Of a DNA stretch of 26,437 bases, positions 20,348-26,437 are shown piece after piece. The stretch's first letter is position 1; each line of letters opens with the position of its first letter. This stretch comes from Thermodesulfobacteriota bacterium (GTDB taxonomy: Bacteria; Desulfobacterota_D; UBA1144): assembly GCA_029246845.1 (NCBI GenBank), contig JAQWMJ010000005.1:1-26437 (forward strand), written 5' to 3'. The notes beneath the pieces were generated by a model. That model ran no database searches. It was not told where the DNA came from and saw only the letters and a list, made by a program, of their open reading frames with translations. The translations under genes were made by a program, and so were the position numbers.

Positions 20348-20932
20348 TTTATACCAATGGTAGTTGAGCAAAGCTCTTCTGGTGAAAGAGCTTTTGATAT
20401 TTATTCTAGGCTTTTAAATGAAAGAATTATTTTTATTGGGGGGGAAATTAACGATAACCTTGCGAATCTAGTAGTTGCTCAATTGTTGTTCCTTGAATCA
20501 GTTGATAGTAAAAAAGATATTAATTTATATATAAATTCACCCGGTGGAAGTGTTACCGCGGGCCTTGGTATTTACGATGCTATTCAGTATGTTGCTCCTG
20601 ACGTAAGCACTTTGTGCTTCGGTCTTGCCGCAAGTATGGGGGCTGTACTTTTGGCAAGTGGTGCAAAAAATAAGAGGAACTCTTTGCCTAACTCAACAAT
20701 TATGCTCCACTCTGTTGGGACCCAACTAGGCGGCCAGTATTATGACCTAGAGAAAGAAATGGATGAGACTAGAAGGAAGCAGGAGATACTAGCCCAAATA
20801 TTGTCGAAACATGTTAATCAGAAATTAGAAGTAATAAAAACAGATATACAAAGAAATTTTTATCAAACTTCACAAGAAGCATTGGATTATGGAATTATAG
20901 ATAATATAATTACTCAAAAGGATGATAAATAA
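20345..20932 (+). CDS. clpP: Clp protease proteolytic subunit with atypical triad (S97-H122-N171)
   Basis: [30 protein letters not shown] and EALDYGIID motifs; between tig and clpX. Confidence 0.95.
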   Translation: MFIPMVVEQSSSGERAFDIYSRLLNERIIFIGGEINDNLANLVVAQLLFLESVDSKKDINLYINSPGGSVTAGLGIYDAIQYVAPDVSTLCFGLAASMGAVLLASGAKNKRNSLPNSTIMLHSVGTQLGGQYYDLEKEMDETRRKQEILAQILSKHVNQKLEVIKTDIQRNFYQTSQEALDYGIIDNIITQKDDK

Positions 20933-22213
20933 ATGAGTACATCAAAAGATGATTTAAGTTGTTCTTTTTGTGGAAAAAATCAAAAAGAAGTAAAGAAACT
21001 TATAGCAGGCCCTCAAACTTATATATGTAATGAATGTGTAGATTTATGTACTGAGATAATTGAGGACGAAAAAGGGGAGCAAGTTAACCCAGAAGATCTT
21101 GAATATATTCCTCCACCCCATGAAATTAAAAGTCAGCTTGATTCTTATGTCATTGATCAAGATCAGGCAAAGAAATATTTATCCGTCGCAGTATATAATC
21201 ATTACAAAAGAATTAGTGTAAATAATGAGCCTAAATCAAAGAAAAGTGAATCTGAAGAAGTTGAAATACAAAAAAGTAACGTGCTACTAATTGGCCCTAC
21301 AGGCTCTGGAAAAACCCTATTGGCTCAGACATTAGCAAAATTCTTAAATGTTCCATTTACTATTGTTGATGCAACTTGTTATACAGAGGCGGGTTATGTA
21401 GGCGAAGATGTTGAGAATATGCTTGTAAGCCTTTTGCAGGCATCAGATTTTGATGTTAACAAAGCTGAAAAGGGAATTATTTATATTGATGAGATAGATA
21501 AGATTGCAAGAAAAAGTGGGGATAGTCCATCTATTACTAGAGATGTATCAGGAGAAGGTGTTCAACAAGCCCTTTTGAAAATTATTGAAGGTGCCATTGT
21601 AAATGTTCCTCCTAAAGGTGGCAGAAAGCACCCACAACAAGAATTTATACCAGTTGATACTAATAATATCTTATTTATTTTAGGCGGTTCTTTTAGCGGG
21701 CTAGATAAAATAATTGCTAAAAGAATTGGAAAGAATTCTATTGGCTTTGAGAAGGGTGAGCAACAAATAGTTAAAAGGTTGGACTCTAACGATTTCCTTA
21801 AGTCCATTCAATCTGAAGACCTTGTTAGTTTTGGATTTATTCCTGAGTTTATTGGAAGGGTACCTGTAATTACATATCTAAATACACTCGACGAAGAAGC
21901 ACTTATAAAGATATTAACTGAGCCAAGAAATGCTCTGATAAAGCAATATCAGAAATTAGTTAGGATAAATGATAAGGTAGAGCTAGAATTTACTGAAGAA
22001 TCTTTAATTTGTATTGCTAAGGAAGCTATCAAGAGAGAGACAGGTGCCAGAGGCCTCAGGTCCATAATTGAGAACTCCATCTTGGATTTAATTTATGATA
22101 TTCCTACCATGGATGGTTTAAAAAAGTGCGTAATAACTGAAGAGGTGATAATGAACGGTAAGGCTCCTATACTCAGTTTTGAAACTAAATCATCTAAAAG
22201 TGCCTTAAACTAG
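20933..22213 (+). CDS. clpX: Clp protease ATP-binding subunit ClpX
   Basis: CSFC...CNEC zinc finger, [25 protein letters not shown] loop and GARGLR motifs. Confidence 0.99.
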   Translation: MSTSKDDLSCSFCGKNQKEVKKLIAGPQTYICNECVDLCTEIIEDEKGEQVNPEDLEYIPPPHEIKSQLDSYVIDQDQAKKYLSVAVYNHYKRISVNNEPKSKKSESEEVEIQKSNVLLIGPTGSGKTLLAQTLAKFLNVPFTIVDATCYTEAGYVGEDVENMLVSLLQASDFDVNKAEKGIIYIDEIDKIARKSGDSPSITRDVSGEGVQQALLKIIEGAIVNVPPKGGRKHPQQEFIPVDTNNILFILGGSFSGLDKIIAKRIGKNSIGFEKGEQQIVKRLDSNDFLKSIQSEDLVSFGFIPEFIGRVPVITYLNTLDEEALIKILTEPRNALIKQYQKLVRINDKVELEFTEESLICIAKEAIKRETGARGLRSIIENSILDLIYDIPTMDGLKKCVITEEVIMNGKAPILSFETKSSKSALN

Positions 22214-22261
22214 GTCTTTTTTCTCTTTTTTCTACCACTTTTATAGTTTTTTTAATGTTTT

Positions 22262-22292
22262 TTGTTGCAAAACAAGATTTAATGGTTAACTT
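22262..22292 (+). promoter_or_regulatory. Possible lon promoter with overlapping palindrome
   Basis: TTGCAA (22265-22270), 16 nt, TAACTT (22287-22292); TTGTT-N4-AACAA (22262-22275); GGAGG RBS downstream. Confidence 0.35.
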
Positions 22293-22320
22293 ATTTGAAT
22301 AATGCCTTTCGGAGGACTTC

Positions 22321-24723
22321 ATGAGTACAAAATATAAACTCCCATTATTACCTTTAAGAGATGTAGTTATTTTTCCTCATATGGTGGCGCCATTATTTGT
22401 TGGAAGAGAAAAATCAATTAGAGCATTAGAAGAAGCAATGAAAACAGACAAGAAGATTTTGCTATCCGCTCAAATTGATGCAAAAACAAATGACCCAGGA
22501 CCTAAAGATATACATCACATTGGAACAGTAGGAACTATCGTTCAGATGCTAAGACTTCCAGACGGGACAGTAAAGATATTAGTTGAAGGTGTCAGTAGGG
22601 CAAAACTCCTTAGCTTTGATGAAGAAAATAAATTTTTTAATGTTGAAGTAGAAGATTTGGTAGAGAAGACTCAGTCTGATGTTGAAACCAATGCTATAAT
22701 GAGGAGCTTAATTGAGGCTTTTGAAGATTATACCAAACTTAATAAGAAAGTTCCGACTGAAACATTAGTAACAATTTCTGCAATCGAAGATGCTAGTAAG
22801 TTATCTGATACAATTGCATCCCATTTGACCTTTAAACTTTCTGACAAGCAAGAAGTACTTGAGTGCTTGGATTGCTCTAAAAGACTGGAAATGTTATTTG
22901 AAAAAATACAATCGGAGTTAGAGATTTTACAAGTTGAGAAGAAAATTAGAAATAGAGTTAAAAAGCAAATGGAAAAGGCTCAAAAGGAATACTATCTAAC
23001 TGAGCAAATGAAAGCCATACAAAGTGAGCTCGGTGATAAAGACGATCTAAAAACTGAGATTTTGGAGTTTGAGGAGGCATTGAAATCTAAAGAGATGCCC
23101 GAAGATATTAGAAAAAGAATAGAAAAGGAAATTAGAAAATTGAAAGGAATGTCTTCCATGTCTGCAGAGGCAACTGTTGTCAGGAATTATATTGATTGGC
23201 TTGTTACATTGCCATGGAATTCTGATTTGACGGAGGATGAAGTTTCTTTGGATAAAGCTCAAAATGTTCTAGATGAGGATCATTTTGGCTTAGAGAAACC
23301 TAAAGAAAGAATCACAGAATTCCTTGCCGTTAGAACTTTAACTAAAAAGCTTAAAGGTCCTATTTTATGTTTAGTTGGACCACCGGGAGTGGGTAAGACA
23401 TCTTTGGCAAAATCAGTTGCTAGAGCCATGGGCAGGAAGTTCGTAAGAATTTCACTTGGTGGTGTTAGGGATGAAGCTGAAATAAGAGGTCATAGAAGAA
23501 CTTACATAGGAGCTCTACCTGGAAAAATTATTCAAGGGATGAAGAAAGCAGGTTCAAAAAATCCTGTTTTTCTTTTAGATGAAATAGATAAAGTTGGTAC
23601 AGATTTCAGAGGAGACCCTGCTTCTGCATTGCTAGAGGCTTTAGATCCTGAGCAAAATTCAACTTTTAATGACCACTATCTTGAAATTGATTACGATTTA
23701 TCGCAAGTTCTATTTATTACTACAGCAAATGTTTTACATACAATTCCTTGGGCTTTACAAGATAGAATGGAGATTATTAAATTGTCAGGTTATACAGAAC
23801 TTGAGAAAAACAAAATCGCTAAGAAATATCTAATTCCTAAGCAGCTTGAAAATAATGGTCTAAAGGATTCAAATGTAAAGTTCTCAGACAAAGCTGTAAA
23901 CTTTACTATTCAAAGATACACAAGAGAAGCTGGTGTCAGGACCTTGGAAAGAGAATTTGGAACTCTATGTAGGAAAACTGCAAAAGAAGTGGTAACAAAT
24001 GGTAAAGATTACTCTTTGAATATAACTCCAAAAGTTGTACAAAAATTATTAGGTTCTCCTAAATTTAAGCATGGGGAGATAGAAGATACCAATCAAATAG
24101 GTATGTCTACTGGAATGGCATGGACAGAAGTTGGTGGAGAATTGCTAAATATAGAAGTAACGATTGTTCCTGGTAAAGGTAACTTTACAGTTACTGGTAA
24201 GTTGGGAGAAGTAATGCAAGAGTCCACAAGGGCTGCTATGAGCTATGCAAGATCTCGTGGTAATAGACTTGGATTGGATAGAAATTTTTATCAAAAAATC
24301 GACATCCATGTTCACGTTCCTGAAGGTGCTCAGCCTAAAGATGGACCTTCAGCCGGTATTGCTATGGCCACAGCTATATTGTCTGGTTTAATTCAAAAAG
24401 AAGTTAGAAGGGACCTAGCTATGACTGGAGAGATTACTTTAAGAGGAAGGGTTCTTCCAATTGGAGGATTAAAGGAAAAAATATTAGCTGCTCATAGAGG
24501 CGGAGTTAAAACTGTTTTGATACCTAAAGAAAATGAGAAAGATTTAGTTGATATACCTAAAGAAGTTCTTAAAGACGTTGATATTATTCCTGTTAGTCAT
24601 ATGGACGATGTGATTCCTCATGCAATTATATCTGATGAGGCAATACTAAAAGATACGGTTTTGCCTGATATGCCTTTAGGTGTTGATGTTTCAGAAGCAG
24701 AGAAGCCTTTGAATCTATCTTGA
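22321..24723 (+). CDS. lon: ATP-dependent protease La (LonA)
   Basis: [32 protein letters not shown], catalytic PKDGPSAG and GGLKEK motifs. Confidence 0.99.
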   Translation: MSTKYKLPLLPLRDVVIFPHMVAPLFVGREKSIRALEEAMKTDKKILLSAQIDAKTNDPGPKDIHHIGTVGTIVQMLRLPDGTVKILVEGVSRAKLLSFDEENKFFNVEVEDLVEKTQSDVETNAIMRSLIEAFEDYTKLNKKVPTETLVTISAIEDASKLSDTIASHLTFKLSDKQEVLECLDCSKRLEMLFEKIQSELEILQVEKKIRNRVKKQMEKAQKEYYLTEQMKAIQSELGDKDDLKTEILEFEEALKSKEMPEDIRKRIEKEIRKLKGMSSMSAEATVVRNYIDWLVTLPWNSDLTEDEVSLDKAQNVLDEDHFGLEKPKERITEFLAVRTLTKKLKGPILCLVGPPGVGKTSLAKSVARAMGRKFVRISLGGVRDEAEIRGHRRTYIGALPGKIIQGMKKAGSKNPVFLLDEIDKVGTDFRGDPASALLEALDPEQNSTFNDHYLEIDYDLSQVLFITTANVLHTIPWALQDRMEIIKLSGYTELEKNKIAKKYLIPKQLENNGLKDSNVKFSDKAVNFTIQRYTREAGVRTLEREFGTLCRKTAKEVVTNGKDYSLNITPKVVQKLLGSPKFKHGEIEDTNQIGMSTGMAWTEVGGELLNIEVTIVPGKGNFTVTGKLGEVMQESTRAAMSYARSRGNRLGLDRNFYQKIDIHVHVPEGAQPKDGPSAGIAMATAILSGLIQKEVRRDLAMTGEITLRGRVLPIGGLKEKILAAHRGGVKTVLIPKENEKDLVDIPKEVLKDVDIIPVSHMDDVIPHAIISDEAILKDTVLPDMPLGVDVSEAEKPLNLS

Positions 24724-24747
24724 CATTTACTTGTCTGCATATAGTAT
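24720..24747 (+). promoter_or_regulatory. Sigma70-like promoter for tRNA-Val/Asp; -35 overlaps the lon stop codon
   Basis: TTGACA (24720-24725) contains the lon TGA; 16 nt; TAGTAT (24742-24747). Confidence 0.6.
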
Positions 24748-24760
24748 AAAAATCTATTCG

Positions 24761-24832
24761 GGGCGCTTAGCTCAGCGGGAGAGCGCTTCCCTTACAAGGA
24801 AGATGTCACAGGTTCAAATCCTGTAGCGCCCA
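24761..24832 (+). tRNA. tRNA-Val(TAC)
   Basis: Acceptor GGGCGCT/AGCGCCC, anticodon arm CTTCC-CTTACAA-GGAAG, GGTTCAAAT T-loop; no encoded CCA. Confidence 0.97.
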
Positions 24833-24839
24833 TATTTCG

Positions 24840-24913
24840 GGGGTCGTAGTTCAGCTGGTTAGAACGCTGCCCTGTCACGGCAGAGGTCGCGGGTTCGAAT
24901 CCCGTCGACCCCG
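24840..24913 (+). tRNA. tRNA-Asp(GTC)
   Basis: Acceptor GGGGTCG/CGACCCC, anticodon arm CTGCC-CTGTCAC-GGCAG, GGTTCGAAT T-loop, G discriminator; no encoded CCA. Confidence 0.97.
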
Positions 24914-24928
24914 GAAAAAAGTTTTGTA

Positions 24929-26368
24929 ATGTTAAATAATAATGATTTAGAATTTCTTTTATTGCAGGGCATCAACAAGCAAGACTCAAGTGAACAGCTT
25001 AGTTTATTAAAAGATGATTCGAAACTGAAAAAACTACTTTTAATTAGACCATGTGATAAGAATGATGGGATTCTCCCTCCTGAAGATGTTCAAAAAATTA
25101 ACATTGAAAGTAGTCCACCGATGCCGGGTATTTTTATTAGTAGGTTTATTCCTGCCTCTGGTTCGGCTACTAGAATGTTTAATTTTGATTTATTTGAAGA
25201 TAAGTTTTTTGAAAAGGTACATTTACTCCCTTTCTTTAACCAGATTGAAAGTTTTTGCTCTGAAAAAAAAATTGATTTGAAGAATATTGTTTCAGGTAAA
25301 GACTCCAAACTTTTTAATGATATATTGACATCGGAAAATAAGCTTAATCTTTCTACTAAACCCAAGGCTATAATTGATCTCCATCAAATCAACAGTGTTC
25401 CCATATCTCCTATAGAGCAATTTCTAGTTAATTCTATGGATGACATAACTAATTCACCGTTAGTCTTTTCAATCCAAGAGAATTATGTTGCTGAAGTTCA
25501 AGATAAAGTTAACCACTCTTCTTTTTTAGCAGATTACAACCCTGACTTAATGTTTGAGATTACTACTCAAAAGAAATCAACAAATAGTCTTTGTGTAGAT
25601 AATAAAGGGGAAATATTAAGACATCCTAATGGAGAAGTATATACCCACCCATCTGGACATGGAGCCTTGTTAGAAAATTTAGGTGAGATTGATTCAGATT
25701 TTATATTTATCAATAATATTGATAATTTGTCTCCCAAAACAAGGACTCTAAGGTATGAAGTCTCTAAGTCTTTGTTTAATATTGCATACTCAAATAAAAG
25801 GAGATTTGACATGCTTCTTCAGACCCTTAGCGAACGAAAGTACAACCTTTTAGAGTCTTTAATTGCTCAGTTTGAAGCATATATGCCGAACCATTTAAAA
25901 GATAAAAGTGTAGAGCAGAAAGTTGATTTAATTATTGAGATGCTTAATAAGCCAATAAGAGTGTGTGGGGTTGTTAAAGACGAAAATTCCAAGGGTGGGA
26001 AGCCGTTTTGGGTAAACGATGGAAAGGCAGAATCAGTTCAAATTGTCGAAGAATCACAGGTAGATTTAAAAGATGAAAATCAAATTAGATTATGGGAAGA
26101 GGGGTCTTACTTTAACCCTGTTGAAATGATTTGCTGCATTAAAGATTTCACTGGAAAGAGATTTGACTTGAAACAATTTTCAGAAGATTCACTTAGGATG
26201 AAAGTTAATAAGGATATACTTGGTAAGAGCTCTTCATTTATTGAATGCCCTGGTTTGTGGAATGGTTCGATGCACTATTGGCACACAACTTTTGTCGAGA
26301 TACCTGGTGCTTCTTTTACACCAGTAAAAAACTTTACAGATTTATTTTTATCAATTCATCAGCCATAA
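24929..26368 (+). CDS. DUF4301 family protein
   Basis: FIPASGSATRMF, GHGALLENL, NIDN, PIRVCG, PFW, QIVE, FNPV, PGLWNG and F.PVK motifs match DUF4301 as I recall it; no SD, so the start is uncertain. Confidence 0.8.
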   Translation: MLNNNDLEFLLLQGINKQDSSEQLSLLKDDSKLKKLLLIRPCDKNDGILPPEDVQKINIESSPPMPGIFISRFIPASGSATRMFNFDLFEDKFFEKVHLLPFFNQIESFCSEKKIDLKNIVSGKDSKLFNDILTSENKLNLSTKPKAIIDLHQINSVPISPIEQFLVNSMDDITNSPLVFSIQENYVAEVQDKVNHSSFLADYNPDLMFEITTQKKSTNSLCVDNKGEILRHPNGEVYTHPSGHGALLENLGEIDSDFIFINNIDNLSPKTRTLRYEVSKSLFNIAYSNKRRFDMLLQTLSERKYNLLESLIAQFEAYMPNHLKDKSVEQKVDLIIEMLNKPIRVCGVVKDENSKGGKPFWVNDGKAESVQIVEESQVDLKDENQIRLWEEGSYFNPVEMICCIKDFTGKRFDLKQFSEDSLRMKVNKDILGKSSSFIECPGLWNGSMHYWHTTFVEIPGASFTPVKNFTDLFLSIHQP

Positions 26369-26379
26369 TAGTAGCGTAT

Positions 26380-26437
26380 GGAGAGGTGGGTGAGTGGTTT
26401 AAACCAGCTGATTGCTAATCAGCCGTACGGAGTAAAT
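26380..26437 (+). tRNA. tRNA-Ser(GCT), 3'-truncated by the window edge
   Basis: GGAGAGG-TG-GGTGAGTGGTTTAAACC D-arm, anticodon arm GCTGA-TTGCTAA-TCAGC, start of a long variable arm. Confidence 0.9.

Noticed and set aside
22214..22261. Rho-independent terminator after clpX
   Set aside because: T-rich tract with no preceding stable hairpin.
22305..22315. RNA thermometer occluding the lon SD (CCTT-TCG-GAGG)
   Set aside because: Only a 4-bp stem including a G-U pair; too weak to support.
24761..26437. Genomic island or prophage attachment at the tRNA cluster
   Set aside because: No integrase, no repeated tRNA 3' end and no obvious compositional shift within the window.

Overview
AT-rich (roughly 30-33% GC by eye), very gene-dense bacterial core-genome segment with no mobile elements or CRISPR array. 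Gene order: partial hypothetical ORF; reverse-strand nnr-tsaE-lysC-cimA; a radical SAM/SPASM-twitch gene; reverse-strand FabL/FabI-like SDR-cysS; cinA-recA-tsaB-ilvB-ilvN-ilvC-psd-pssA-M16 peptidase; tRNA-Leu-tig-clpP-clpX-lon; tRNA-Val-tRNA-Asp-DUF4301-tRNA-Ser (partial). The synteny resembles that of Desulfobacterota/deltaproteobacteria, and the low GC and tiny spacers suggest a streamlined lineage (inference only). Most notable: (1) one composite element, TTAAG-N7-CTTAA palindrome + TTGACT + 16/17 nt + TACAAT + CACTTT + ATG, occurs twice 15 kb apart, before clpP and before the radical SAM gene, where its ATG opens a 15-codon uORF; (2) IlvB has an intact N-terminal catalytic domain but has lost the ThDP/Mg-binding and substrate-binding motifs; (3) ClpP has a Ser-His-Asn triad; (4) trigger factor has an eroded PPIase pocket. 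All family calls are from motif recognition by eye; no database searches were run.
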